Under the pieces are notes generated by a model. The model had not been told where the DNA came from, did not search any database, and saw only the letters and a list, made by a program, of their open reading frames with translations. From Octopus vulgaris (lineage: Eukaryota), in the NCBI GenBank assembly GCA_951406725.2, contig OX597824.1:50406001-50470000 (forward strand): a stretch of DNA of 64,000 nt, read 5' to 3'. The translations under genes were made by a program, and so were the position numbers. Shown piece after piece: positions 41,383-55,255 of the stretch. How positions within the stretch are numbered: the first letter of the stretch is position 1; each line of letters opens with the position of its first letter.

Positions 41383-41824
41383 ATATAAGGGATATTAGCC
41401 AACTGAATATGGCTAAGGACTGGGCAGGGTGGTGGGGGTGTCACTGTTGCATTTAGCCCCAGGCGAACATCAACGTCACCAGATAGGCCGACGCCATCAC
41501 GGCGTCCTCTATCTTGCAAAGGGAGATCATTCCCCAAGAAGCGGATACCACACACGGACCTAGGTTTCAAGGTGTATTGCCTATTATCAACGTGTGGTAG
41601 GCACCGCTTCTCGACGAACGACCAACCGTGCAAGATATATATAAAGATTTAGAGGACGCCGTGATGGCGTCGGCCTATCTGGTGACGTTGATGTTCGCCT
41701 GGGGCTAAATGCAACAGTGACACCCCCACCACCCTGCCCTGTCCCTAGCCATATTCAGTTGGCTAATATCCCTTATATTATGGAGCAGTCACTGTCTATA
41801 TCTCATTTAGAGAATTATTATTGC
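41383..41824 (-). mobile_element. Third non-coding hammerhead element: fold-back with 128-bp inverted arms
   Basis: Arms 41383-41510 and 41651-41778 (2 mismatches); the right arm extends about 45 bp further; TA-rich flanks. Confidence 0.8.
41551..41596 (-). ncRNA. Type I hammerhead, U3-A8 core variant
   Basis: Minus strand: CACACG-TTGATAA-tAGG caataca CCTt-GAAA-CCTAGG-TC-CGTGTG. Confidence 0.75.
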
Positions 41825-41854
41825 TATATATTTATATATGTATATATATAAGTA

Positions 41855-42404
41855 TCTATATCTATTATATAAAATCCGTTCTTTCTGTCTGTCTGTGTGT
41901 CTTCTAGGATCTCGGGCATCCTCCATCCGACTGCGCTAAAATTTGATATTTAGATACCGACGGTTTCAGGGCGTGTATAAGTCTTGAAAAAATTACAAAA
42001 ATCGATTCCAGGTGAGATAAAGTCATGGGAACGTGCTTTTCTTCCGTCAACCTGTACATAACTGCACCTTCCATTTTTGTTTGTTTTTGTACTGCTTACA
42101 GGCACTTTTCTTTCCTGGCAAGCTTACTGTTTAAACCATGTTTGTGTTCTCCCAGTCAACAGCCTTATCATTACTGGTACTTTAAACTCTTGGGTTGCAT
42201 ATTTGTGTCAATAAAATCGTTTTTCTTTGGAATAGAAAAAAAGTCTATCTGTATTTCTTCTTTTGCCGGTGTCTCAAATTTAGGTTAAATCTGTGTTTCT
42301 CAAAGGGGAGGCCTATGGGACGGTCGGACGAGTTGTTTTGAGAAAATTTGGTTTAAATGTTTGACAACTCAGCACCGTCCATTGGACGGAGGGCATTTTG
42401 CTCG
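41855..42404 (+). mobile_element. Non-autonomous Helitron-like element
   Basis: 5' TCTATATCTATTATATAAAA plus (CTGT)n; 3' hairpin CCGTCC-ATT-GGACGG about 11 nt before a CTCG|T (CTRR-like) end. Confidence 0.6.
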
Positions 42405-43139
42405 TATATGTATATATATATGAATGTGTCTGTGTGTGTCTGTGTTTGTTCCCCACTATCGCTTGACAACCAATGTTGCTATGTTTACCTCCTCGTAAAT
42501 TAGCCTTTTGCTAGAATTAGTGCTAGGCTTAGAAAGAGGAAATCATGGGATCGATTTCTTCAACTAAAGGTGGTGCTCCAGCATGACTGCAGTCACATGA
42601 CCTAAAAAAATAAAACAATAAAAATCTACTTCCTTTTAATTCTGAGGAATATATATACACACACATGTATGCCTTTATATATCATGAATATACTAATGTA
42701 TATGCACATGTACACTTGAGTGCAGGCGTGGATAGCTTTCCATAGGTGGCTCATATGACATTCTTATATTCATAAAATTTTTGCATGAATGTTTTGCATG
42801 CTTTGATTAAAGCTTGTATCTGTAATCTATCTGGTTGATCTTTCTCAGTTTGTGAAAGCCAGATTCTCAAGATTAAAACGTTGGCAGTTAATCACGTAGG
42901 CAAGTGTTCCAACATTTATTGGTAGAAATCAAATGTTATATTCCAGATAGCGTGACTAAATTTCTCATCAAGTTAGCATACATGTTCTATATTAAACTAA
43001 TAGTTAGCATTATGCTGACATGGACTGGACAACGGATTTCAAGTACTCTGAATGATTTTGGTTACGTATATACGTATGTGTGTATGCCTACTTATATGTC
43101 TTCAATGCTTAGGTAGGCAAGCCCTAACTCATTAAAAGT

Positions 43140-43620
43140 TACACATCCGGTGGATACCCCCACTTGGTTTTGCCTGACAATCGAAATAGTTTACCAGAGT
43201 GTGATCGCCGTTGCATGCAAACAGCTAACTTGGAGCCACAGGTGAGAATTGGGTACCAAGTGGAGACCACAGTGGACAAACCATTTCTAGGAATTCGGGG
43301 TGCTTCGCCGTCGAAGATGCTACCCCTCCTGACACCCCATTCATCTTTGGATCCTGCGAACTCTACTGAAGAAACTGTCATACTCCAACAGAAAGGAAGG
43401 CGGCTGTAGCACGCATGGTGGGAGTACTGAGAGTAGGACGAGGCAAGTAATACACGATGGTCATCCGTTGCATCCGCCTCTATCCCCAGTCGTCTTGACC
43501 AGTTCTTGTGAATGGATTGAAGACGGTCACAGATGAGAGAGTGAGGTTGACGTCTGTAACACTTCTTCACGTTATACAAATTCACCATGCGAGTAATCAG
43601 TCTTCTCCTATTTGACACAA
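43140..43620 (-). mobile_element. Possible L1/Tx1-clade LINE ORF2 fragment
   Basis: Across frames: LQSIHKNWSRRLGIE...VLLASSY / LLSVLPPCVLQ / GSKDEWGVRR..P..NGL, resembling the post-RT region of L1/Tx1. Confidence 0.4.
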
Positions 43621-44353
43621 TATGAACTTACATATACTTAATTAATATTTCTAAATTAGCCATGGCTTTTCTGGTTTTGTGAATGTCTGCGTGCCACGAC
43701 TGCTGTTAAATTAATTAATTATATAGTTCTAAAGTTATTTTCCGGGTGTAGGAGCTGAAGATATCTCATTAATTCCGGAGAGGTAGGAATTTTTCTCACT
43801 TGCATTTCACATTTAGTAAACAACCTTTAAGCAACTGGTTTCTGCTTCAGCTTTCCCCGTCCCAGATTATGACCTCTGACCTCTTATACTTACACATTTC
43901 TGGGATAAAGGTAGAAACATTATATACATTACTCGCAATATTATTTTAGATGATATCACTTTTGATATTTTAACTCTGAGGACTCTCCTTTCACCGGAAT
44001 GCATACACCTCGTGGGTAGATAACACCATGAACAGGGAATTAATGATACGGGTGAAATCTTCATGTTCAGTTCCACGGATTCTTCATTTATTGTCATTTA
44101 TGTGCTTTACTGGTGCACCTATCCTGTTCGCACTCATGCCTGCCTGCCTGCCTGCCTGTCTGCCTGTCTGTCTGTCCGTCTGTCTGTCTCTAAGTATATA
44201 TGCTGCATGAATGTATATATGTTTATATATGTGTTTCTTTCGTTTATTTATTTGATACATGTGTGTGCATAAATGTATATGAAAATAATTACAATTGAAA
44301 ATGTCACATGTTAATGCAAGAATACACGCACTTGCATTCATTTACTCACACGC

Positions 44354-44387
<34 letters not shown>

Positions 44388-44440
44388 AAAAACCAGTATA
44401 TGCTCGCACGAGTTTGTATGAACACATGCAACATACATGC

Positions 44441-44489
<49 letters not shown>

Positions 44490-44636
44490 CATATATATAT
44501 ATATATTTATACATACATGTATATTATATGTATGTATATATACATGTATATACATATTATATATTATATATTTAGAAGTGTGTGTGTACATATATATATA
44601 TATACATATACATATATATATACATACATACATGCA

Positions 44637-44688
<52 letters not shown>

Positions 44689-45059
44689 TGTATGCATGTA
44701 TGTATTTATGTATGTATATGATTGATTGTTTCGAATATCTGCAATATCTACCGTCTTGTGGTGAGGAGCCCATTCGGCATGTATAGTGTATACCACATGT
44801 ATTGTCTCAACACAGGCAGCAACAGCAATCAATCAAACAAGACTGGTTTCTATCATTTTCTTTCGTTTTATGATTTATTTATTTATAATGCATAAGGGCT
44901 GTGTGTCACACTCACACACATACATATACAAACACAAGAAAAAGTTAGACGCAAGATATGTATATATGTGCCTTTGTATGTATATATATATATATATATA
45001 TATGTATATGTATGTATGTATATATGTATGTATGTGTATGTATATATACATACATACCT

Positions 45060-45154
<95 letters not shown>

Positions 45155-45302
45155 TGCACAAACGCACATACATAAACTCTCTATGTATAACCATACACGC
45201 ATACATACATACACACACGCACGGACACACGCATACGCACTTACGCACACACGTATGTAGATGCTTATATGTATGTGCGTGTTCATATCTGTAGTCACGC
45301 AG

Positions 45303-45375
<73 letters not shown>

Positions 45376-45478
45376 GTCAACTGTTGATCGAAAGCTTTCT
45401 GCTGTCAAACGTGGTCGTTTACGGTGTCAGTTCATCTCAATATTGACATTAATCCAGCGATGTCAGCGTAACCATGAA

Positions 45479-45575
<97 letters not shown>

Positions 45576-46404
45576 GTAAAGTTGACATCATCACTTATGC
45601 TACACTGTGAAATTAAACATGACATTACAATTGTCCAAGATTATTATTGGATGATCGGTTATTATTTAATTGGATTGCTGTTGGTGCTGGAGTTGGTGCT
45701 GTTGGTAAATGATTCTGCAGTAAATATTGAAAAGGTAAGCTCCCTGGTGATATGGATTTTTATGAACCATGCTGGGTGTTTATTTGTTTATTTATTGATA
45801 TGTATGTACGTATGAGCAAACACAAACACACACATACACACACACACACACACACACATACACACACACATACGCACACACACACATACACACACATACG
45901 CACACACACATTTATTCAGTTTGAGCTCTATTCCGTTTACCTAAATCCTTTATTCTGTTGTTGAACGTATGTCAGTGTCATGTAGTCTGTTAGATTTATT
46001 TGCGTCTCATGTGTGTGTATTTGTGTGTATGTGTGAATGTGTGTGTGTTTATACATGTTTATAGATATTTACCCAATTCTAATACAAAGGAGATAAGAGA
46101 AGTAACTCCGAGTGACCATTGCCATGAAAATGGACAACGCAACGAGTATAGACATATGAAATATTGATTAATGGAAACTATCTTCATTTGCGGCAGTGTG
46201 GTGAGAAGTTTGCATCCGAACCACATGGTTACGGGTTCAGTCCCACTGCATGGCACTTTGAACATGTGTCTTCTACTATAGCCTCGAGTACTATTAATTC
46301 GATTAGAGGTTATGTTAGCCTCATGAAGGGATAGTGTCATCCATGGAAATATTGGTCCAATACCTAATATTTTGGGGGAATTGATTTTTAAAAAATAAAA
46401 GGTA

Positions 46405-46561
<157 letters not shown>

Positions 46562-46654
46562 CCATATACTTTATATTGCTATAGAAAAAGAGAAAAGAAA
46601 ATGGAGATTGGGAAGTTAATAATTGTTTATTATCAACAACAAATCAACCATCTT

Positions 46655-46736
46655 CCCTTACAGCCGTTTCAATTAATACTCAGTCAATTAATTAAATATT
46701 AAATTCATATGCCCTGAGCATGATATCTTCAGAGGG
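46655..46736 (-). ncRNA. Type I hammerhead ribozyme
   Basis: Minus strand: CCCT-CTGAAGA-..ATGCTCAG...CTGAGTAT..-GAAA-CGGCTG-TA-AGGG; the base of stem II is imperfect. Confidence 0.7.
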
Positions 46737-47264
46737 GGGAAATATACCTTGGGATGTTTTATATATTTATTTATGGATACATTATAGCGGACTGAATGAT
46801 ACTGTTTATGATTCTGTTTATGGTTTAGAGTGATAAATGAATATATTAGAGGTGATAGAGGAAATTTCAATATAAATAAGTTGCATGTGCGCGTATATGC
46901 GTATTCATGTATGTGTACATTAGGGTTACATGTATATATTTATATATATATATATGTATACATGTAAACTGTGATATATTAGCGTATGAGCGTATGACCG
47001 CACACAGATGTATATGCTTTTGGTGGGTGCATGTGTGCGTATATGCGTGTTTATGTATGCGTATATGTACGTGCATCTGTATATGTATGGATTCATATAT
47101 ATGGGTATATATGCATGCATATGTACTTGCTTGCGTGCGTATATTTATAATATATATATATATATATTAGGACATGTGTGTATATCTGAGTGCATAGGTA
47201 TATACGTGTGGGTGTGTGTGAGTGTGTGGGTGGGTGTCTATTTGTGTGCTTATGCAGCATAGGC

Positions 47265-47315
<51 letters not shown>

Positions 47316-47730
47316 TTGGTATGTGAAAGCACGTGGCTGGATGTATAAAAATAAAAAAACGAGTGGAAAAAACACAGAGAGCTTGTGTTATATTTTTAAA
47401 GAATATATTTAAGTCGTTATGTTAGAAAAATGTTAGAAAATTTTATTTATAGTAACATAGTTTTTGGAGAAATAACCCGTAACCGGTTTCGTATTTTCAT
47501 TTAAAATTTCTCAAAGTTCTTTACCTATATCGTGTCATGTCTTCGCTATGTTGTGAAATATGGAGTTCAGGCAGGGGAAGGTAATCAAGGATTTTTTTCC
47601 GATATAAGGGAGATAATCAAATATGTTGGGTATGACTAAATAAACATGATTATTTTAGAAGGAATAGAATGTGGTTAGGCTTTGCTTTATATTTTTTCAA
47701 TGAAGTGAGCTTTCTTGTTTAAAAATGTTT

Positions 47731-47802
<72 letters not shown>

Positions 47803-48049
47803 TTATATATGATTAAATTTACGTACGCTTGTACGCATGTATGAGTATATGCATAAACGTTTATTATTTTCATACGCAAATTCAAACACACAAATTTACA
47901 GAACCCTTAATACAAATATGCACCCCACGAAACACAATAGATTAAACATAATCAGTCAAAATTCCATTAACCAATCGGAATTAATTGATCAACATGGATC
48001 TATATTAACTTCTTCTTTTAAGGGGTGATGGGTAGAAAATGTAACTATG

Positions 48050-49257
48050 TGTGTTTATATATGGAACACCTTCGTGACATCCACCTTGCGAACGACACAC
48101 CGGTCTCACGCCATTTCCGCTCCACCGGTCACTCCTTGCAACACCTATCTGTGTTCGGTTTGTCCTTACACAGAGGCCATCCGGATTCCCGTTTGCGCCG
48201 TGAACAGGAATTAATCTTCTCTCTTCGCTCTTATACGCCATTTGGTCTCAACTCTCCCCCCTCCTCATCTAACCCCCCTCTCCCCCTCCTCACCTATCCT
48301 TTCCCCCCGACCCCTACTTCTTCAGTCCTTCATCCTTTCACCCCTACTCCCCTTCCCTTCTTCCCTCTTTCTCCCTCCCTCTTCCCCTTCCCTCTGCTCC
48401 CTCACTCCCTCTCTCCCCTTCTCTCTCCCCCCCTCTCCCTCTTTCCTCCTTCATCCCCCTCCTCACCCCTCCTCTCCTCTTCCCCCCTCTCCTCCCCCTC
48501 TTCTTCCCCCCTCTCATCCCCCTCTTCTTCCCCTCCCCTTCTCCCCCTCTTCTCCCCCTCCTCCTCTTCTCCTCACTACACCACATGACTTTACACATCA
48601 CATCACATATGATGTGCCATACTAATACACACACCAACTAATACATACTAATACGTACTAATACATACTAGTACATACTAATACATACACCAACCCTATA
48701 CATACACACGTCCAGATCCCGCATACGCACTTATACTCTCTCATACACACACACACACACTTATACATACCAATACGTACTAATACATACTAATACATAC
48801 TAATACATACACCAACCCCATACATACGCACGTCCAGACCAATCCTACGCACTAATACTCTCTCATACACACACACACACACACACCCTTATACATACTA
48901 ATACATACACCAACCCTATACATACACACATCCAGACCCCTCCTACGCACTATTAGCTGGTCCCTCAACCCTTTTATCAACCCTATTATCTCCCCTTCAT
49001 CGCTCTCGCGTCTCATGTTTGATCTTTGACCTCTGGCCGAAATCAGATCGCCATGTTGATTCGTTAGCTACTGCACGCATTTTTTTTCTCTCCTTCTTTC
49101 TGTGTTTTTCTCTCTCTGTGTATCTTTCTGTTGAAGAGCGTAGGCTCGAAACGTTAAAGACTTGTTTTATTTATATTTCCTGAGCGCCATACTAATACAA
49201 TTGTTCGTTTGTTTTCCACCTGCCTTCGTCTTTTGTTTATTTTCATAAAGCTTCCCG

Positions 49258-49258
<1 letters not shown>
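48050..49258 (+). mobile_element. PLE (Neptune-like) 3' end: GIY-YIG C-terminus, polypyrimidine tract, minisatellite and pseudo-LTR
   Basis: EHLRDIHLANDTPVSRHFRSTGHS...RLRREQELIFSLRSYTPFGLN; C/T tract 48250-48575; three ~100-120-bp repeats 48640-48950; tail shared with 3722 and 57990. Confidence 0.8.
49123..49160 (+). ncRNA. Minimal hammerhead variant
   Basis: TCTTT-CTGTTGA-A-GAGC gtag GCTC-GAAA-CGTT-AAAGA; palindromic AACGTT stem III; A6 is replaced by U. Confidence 0.65.
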
Positions 49259-49354
<96 letters not shown>

Positions 49355-49533
49355 GCAAATAAGAAAATGGAGAAGCACATTAGTTGGTTCATCAACTTTA
49401 GGACGTTAAAATGTTGACTTATTTATTTATGAAAACGACAACCATAATAACATACGTACATATAGTATATTATTCTATGCATATAAGGTAAGAATACAAG
49501 CAGCTATTAATAAACATGAATATAAATTATTAA

Positions 49534-49661
49534 AATCACTTACAGCTGTTTCAGCCTTTAGATAAAAGCATCTCATTCTGCCTATATTAGTCAAGTGTAT
49601 TGAGGTGATAGGCAGTTGAAAATGAGGTACTTATATATATATCTAGGCCTCGTCAGAGATT
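49534..49661 (-). ncRNA. Type I hammerhead with a very long stem II
   Basis: Minus strand: AATCT-CTGACGA-GGCCT-AGATA..CTCATT..CTGCCTAT..ATAGGCAG..AATGAG..TATCT..AGGCT-GAAA-CAGCTG-TA-AGTGATT. Confidence 0.82.
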
Positions 49662-50191
49662 ATAAAGTGCAATCATAAAAATATAAATATAAATATGAAA
49701 CAAAATACACGCACATTTGAACATATACACACACACACACACATATATATATATAAACATATATCTATATATACATATATATATATACAAATATATATAT
49801 ACACATATATATATATATATAGTGATATGTCAATGTGCATACGCATCAATCTATTCGCGCATATACATATATGTGCATATGTGTATATATACATATATGC
49901 ATATATGCGTAGGTATGTGCGTGCGTGTGCATGTATATATGTGTGTAAGTATATACAAGTGACTGTGTGTGTGTATATATATATGGACGTCCGGATGAAT
50001 GTATGTGTGTATATATGCATGTGTACTTGTATATATTCAAATTTTCTTAACTTTATTTACACATTATAAATGTATATTACATTCTTACCTTATTTATATT
50101 GAAATTTCCTCTGTCTCTCTGTCTGTCTATCTGCCTCTCTCTTTATCTCTCTCTCTCTCTCTCTCGGTCTGTCTGTCTTTCTCTCTGTATG

Positions 50192-50250
<59 letters not shown>

Positions 50251-50259
50251 CGTATGTAT

Positions 50260-53038
50260 TACACGAGGCTGTTTTTCAAAATGGAGGCGAACACCTTTCT
50301 CAATTTGATCGGCTCGAAAAATTGTGAAGACACTGGGATATTTTCTTACTTTTCTTAACATGAAACCAATGGTAGCCTTTATTCACAAATAAAGAAATTA
50401 TATCCACCAATGCAATGTCGAGGACTCATTTGCATTGTTCGACATCCACGTATCAAAGTTTCCGACGTCAAGAAACACTGGTTAAGCACAGAAAACGAAC
50501 AAAGAATCGAAACAAACCATGGAAAAACACGAAATAATATCACTGAAAAATATTCTTATTCCACGGAGGAAAGTATACATCAAGCATCTTATCGACAAAG
50601 CAGTAATTGTTGTGAGGAGAACGAAATGGAAGGCCTATATTTTCGATAAAGGTACGTGCATCCCTCATGCAGAGGACAATTACAGTTTCATATCTTATAA
50701 AACCCATCACATATAAAAGACCTAGAAAGATTTGAAGACAATCTTATAAAGTTAGTTAGAAATGGGAAATTCAACCAAAAATCCAACTAGTTCCAACACA
50801 CATTACAGACATACATCAAACCTCTCAAAACACTAACTAACATGTTTATTAAAGCAGATAAAGCAAACAATATTTATGAAGTAAACCACCAAACGCACAA
50901 CAAATTACTAACCGACAACATAACTAAAACATACAAGAAAACAAACCCCACTACTTATAATTCAATTAATGCAGAAGAAAATAATCTAGCCACAAAGTTT
51001 AAAATAAAAGAAAGAGTAGAAAAGCTTATCTTTCGAAATCCTTTTATAACGCTGAAGGACCGTAAAAATAATTTCACGCAAAATCCTAACTACATTAATA
51101 AATCCCACAAACAGTGAAATAGGAATTATTAATAAATCCGTATTGGATAATACTATATGAAATATCAGAGCACCCTCAAATCTTACTCAATAGATATGCA
51201 GAAGTGCAACTATTGAATGGTTTTAGAAAATAGAGGATAAACCCAAATGCAAATTTATACAATTCAATATCGTAGAGTTCTACCCCTCGATCTCCAAGAT
51301 CTTCCTTCAGAAGGCACTTGAATTTAGTAAAACATATGTCACTATAAAGATATAGAAATAATTATGAACGCAAAGAGATTATTACGCTTTCATGACAATT
51401 CCTATTGGAGACGAGTTATTTAACGTGGCAATGTGAAGTTATGATGGTGCAGAGATAGCTGACCTTCTAGTCTTTATATCCTAGATACCCCTAAAAAAGA
51501 ATTAAAAGAAGCTAACATAGGTTTATATAAGGACGATATCCTGGAAATTGTACACAATAAAAACAGAAAATATTTGGATAGAATAAGAAAAAATTACGCA
51601 AGATATTTAATCAATTAAGCCTAAGAGCCTCAGTTAGTACAAACCTTAAAGAAGTCAACTTCATAGACATTAACATGAATCTTAACACGGGAAAATTTAA
51701 ATCCTACCACAAACAAAACGACGAATACTAGTACATAGACATAAGTTCCAGCCACCCACCAGCAGTAATTAAACAAATGGTTAACAACATTAGCAGGCGC
51801 GTCTCCAATTTATCCGTCGACAAGGACACTTTTGAAAAAGCCGTCCTATAATATAATGCTGTATTAGAAAGGCCCAGCTTCAAGAATAGCATATACTGCA
51901 TTGAATCAAATGTAAATATACCAAGAAAACGAAGGCAGAGGAAAATGTTATGGTTCAACCCACCTTATAGTATTAATGTGGCTACTAACAAAGCTAAGAA
52001 ATTTCTAAATCTAATAGACAATCACTTTCCACATTCACACATATACCACAAGATTTCCAACAGAAATACTGTTAAAATTAGCTATAGTTGCCTCCTCAAT
52101 ATATGGTCACTAAAATTCAATCACAATAAACATAAACACACCAGAAAATCTCCGAAAGACACTGTAATTGTAGTTCCCCAAACCACTGCCGTTTAAATAA
52201 CAACTGTCTTGAGGAAGGACTCGTATACAAGGCCAACATCACAGACTCCAACGGAATAGCAAAGATGTATATCGGAATGGCAGGCAGCTCATTCAAGGAA
52301 TGGTATAAGCAACATCTTGCGTCATTCAGAGACAAAGACAAAAAAAAACAAGCAGCATCCCAGTCAAATATGTTATGGACATTGAAAGAAGGTAGAATAA
52401 ACAACCTCCAGATAGAATGGAAAATTATTGCTAAAGTTAAAAGATGCAGAGGACGGGGTACCAAATGTTAACTGTATTACTGAAAAATTAAACATTATAC
52501 TATCAACAGATAACATACTAAACATTAGGGAGGAAACCTTCTCTCCTTGCATACACAAGCAACATTTTACACTGAAACACTTCAAAGAATAGTCCCTATC
52601 TGCGACGGTAACCCCGCCAGGATACCCCTCTCATAAACGTGAAGACACATAGCACACAAACTTTACACAAAGAAAAAATATGCCCAATAACGAACTACCT
52701 CAGCACACAAGTATAAGAACACCCACACAAATTCTGCCCACAAAGACAAATCCAAGGGAGACAAACATCCAAAAGATGCCACCTAAGAGTAACTTCCTTG
52801 ATTCAGTGATTCATTGTTTTAATCACGTGAATTCACGAGAAACTTCGCGATCTTCATGCAAATGTTTTCCAAAATGGAGGCCAGCACTTTTCTTCATGAG
52901 ATCGGCTTGAAAAATTGTTAAGACACTGGGATATTTTTTTTTTACTTTTCTTAATGGTAGCCTTAATTCACAAATAAAGAAATTATATTCGGCAATGCGG
53001 TGTTGATCATTCATAGTCATTGTTCGATATTCATGTAT
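50260..53038 (+). mobile_element. Full-length but decayed Naiad-type PLE with direct pseudo-LTRs
   Basis: SLKNILIPRRKVYIKHLIDK, FIKADKANNIY, NIVEFYPSIS, SYDGAEIADL, GLYKDD, LWFNPPYS, YIGMAGSSFKEWY and LNIREE..PCIH, with many stops. Direct repeats 50265-50455 and 52862-53038. Confidence 0.9.
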
Positions 53039-53045
53039 ATATATT

Positions 53046-53448
53046 CACAATTTAGGTTAGTTGAAATATGTTTGTCACATATTTCAACTGCTAAAGGCAA
53101 ATACACTACAGTTACGGTGGAAAAAAATCTCTCTTATGATAAAAATGTGTGAAAACATCCAGTTCGTTCAGTGTCGCCATCTTTCGGGAATCCAAAAATC
53201 GATGTTTTGAGTTTATTGACTCTTGTCGATGAGATGTACCTAAGAGGGACAATTCATTTCATCGTCAAGAGTCAATAAACTCGAAACATCAATGTCTGAG
53301 ATTCCCGAGAGATGGCGACACTGAACTAACTGGGTATTTTCACACCTTTTTACCACAAGAGAAATTTTTTCTCCACGGTAACTGCAGTGTATTTGCGTTT
53401 AGTAGTTGAAATATGTGATAAATATATTTCAACTAACCTAAATTGTGA
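53046..53448. repeat. Imperfect inverted repeat, ~190-bp arms, ~18-bp loop
   Basis: TCACAATTTAGGTTAGTTGAAATAT... pairs with ...ATATTTCAACTAACCTAAATTGTGA through to GATG/CATT at 53233-53258. Confidence 0.85.
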
Positions 53449-53862
53449 TTATACGTAAACACTGCTTTTGCGTCATTACTTCGTTTTATATATATATATA
53501 TATATAGTGGGGTAGACCAGTTTATGGGGTTACCCTGGGATTCTCGCTCATAAGGGGTTTAGCCTTACGGGGTATCTTCAGACCCCAAACACTGCTGGCC
53601 TGAACTCCGTATGTTATGACGGACGAAATGCTGCGCAGCTAACGATTCTACTAGCTCCCCGCCATAGTCCAACATTAATATTAAAACTTAAAGCACTCAA
53701 AGGTACTCATGAGAACTTTGGATGCTGGCCAGGCTAGAAGTGACCTTCACTAAAATGCTGTTGTTTGTCTTCTTTATATAAGAATCATCTCTCTCAATCT
53801 CTCTCTCTCTGTCCGTGCGTCCGTTTGCCCATCAGTCTGTCTGTCTGTCACTCTCTCTCTGT

Positions 53863-53923
<61 letters not shown>

Positions 53924-53983
53924 CACACATACCCACAAACAAACAAGCAAGCATACACACACACATACACATACACACACAGA

Positions 53984-54796
53984 CAGGAGTGCCGGGCTAA
54001 ATTTGATGATTTTTCTCTCGCTCTTTTCAGAAACAACTTGATGTAGTAGTGAACAATCATCAACGACGTTGGAAAGCATAAAAATTAAAGTTGTAGTTGA
54101 AATGGAAGCCTTCTGAATATTCCAAAAGCGTTATCTGTATCTTTACGATACGTGCCAGGTATCAAAATGCCGATATTATGGCTGCTGCTCAATTCTGTGT
54201 GCTCACTGTAAAGGCTGTAGGACGTGACATGGACATCATGAAAACCAAGTTCCCCCAAACTGTTGAAGTCTTTGGGTGTGTCTCCAGTGAGGGTAACGTC
54301 AAACCACCTACATCCCTGAACAGGGCCTCAAGCTCAATTGACTGTGGTCGAAACCTGACTGGAGAGAATCGCTGCTGGAAGGCATGTATGCGACAGTAAA
54401 ATTCGGCTCGTTGCCATACTTCCGGAAAAAGTCAGGAGAGATTGTCGAAGAAATTCTACGACTTCACCAGCCCCAATTTCTAGGCTCCTAATGGATTACT
54501 ATGTGTGGGTTGTGGTTATGAAAGACACCAACTACTCTGCCTGCAACACCAAGGCTGAGCTGGTCGCCAAGATCAAGAAAGTTTTCGAAGATCTTCCAGA
54601 GGACATAATGATGGACGCATGCGCCAGTTTTCGGAGCAGTCTTGAGGCCATGGCGGAAACTGAGCGTGGCTACTTTGAGTAAACCGTTATCTCCCAGCCG
54701 TAATCTAGCTGATATTTTTTTGATTTTTTTAAAATACATTTATTTTTGGATGGAGTACTTCTCTTTTATGTTGTTCTTTTTAGCCCGAATACCATG
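53984..54796 (+). mobile_element. Internally deleted Tc1/mariner-superfamily (maT/DD37D-like) transposon
   Basis: Imperfect TIRs CAGGAGTGCCGGGCTAAA / TTTAGCCCGAATACCATG; KTKFPQTVEVFGCVSSEG and DYYVW...ACASFRSSLEAMAETERGYFE*. Confidence 0.8.
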
Positions 54797-54904
54797 TATA
54801 TTATCTTTCATTTGTTTCAGTCATTGGATTGCGGTCAAGTTGAGGTATTGCTTTAAAGAATTTTAAACAAAAACAAAAAAAAAAAATTCGATTTCAGTAC
54901 GTAT

Positions 54905-55040
54905 TTTTTAAAAAGCTAGTACTTATTCTATCGGTATCTTTTATCGAACCGCTAGAATAAGGAGACGTAAACTCACCAACGCTAGTTATCAAGCGGAGGC
55001 GATTGACGAACACAGTCACAAAGATACACAGAGCCACAAA

Positions 55041-55094
<54 letters not shown>

Positions 55095-55255
55095 TAGAGC
55101 CACAAAGACACACACATGCCCACACTCACACAAATACTGATTTGGTCGGCCGAGACTATAGAGGAAGACACATGCCGAGGATGCCACACTGTGAGTATGA
55201 ATTCGGAACCATGAGGTGTGGAAGCAAGCTTCTTGCCACACAGCCACGTCTGTGC
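54905..55255 (-). mobile_element. SINE family A, near full length
   Basis: Reverse complement colinear with 24596-24920. Confidence 0.75.

Noticed and set aside
47470-47525. GAAACCGGTT half-motif resembling the 60477 ribozyme context
   Set aside because: The core and stem I are not recoverable. Similar weak cases at 25995-26080, 29838, 52795 and 59227 were also not called.
48242-48637. Pro/Ser-rich and Arg/Gly-rich ORFs
   Set aside because: Read-through of the polypyrimidine tract in a PLE 3' UTR.
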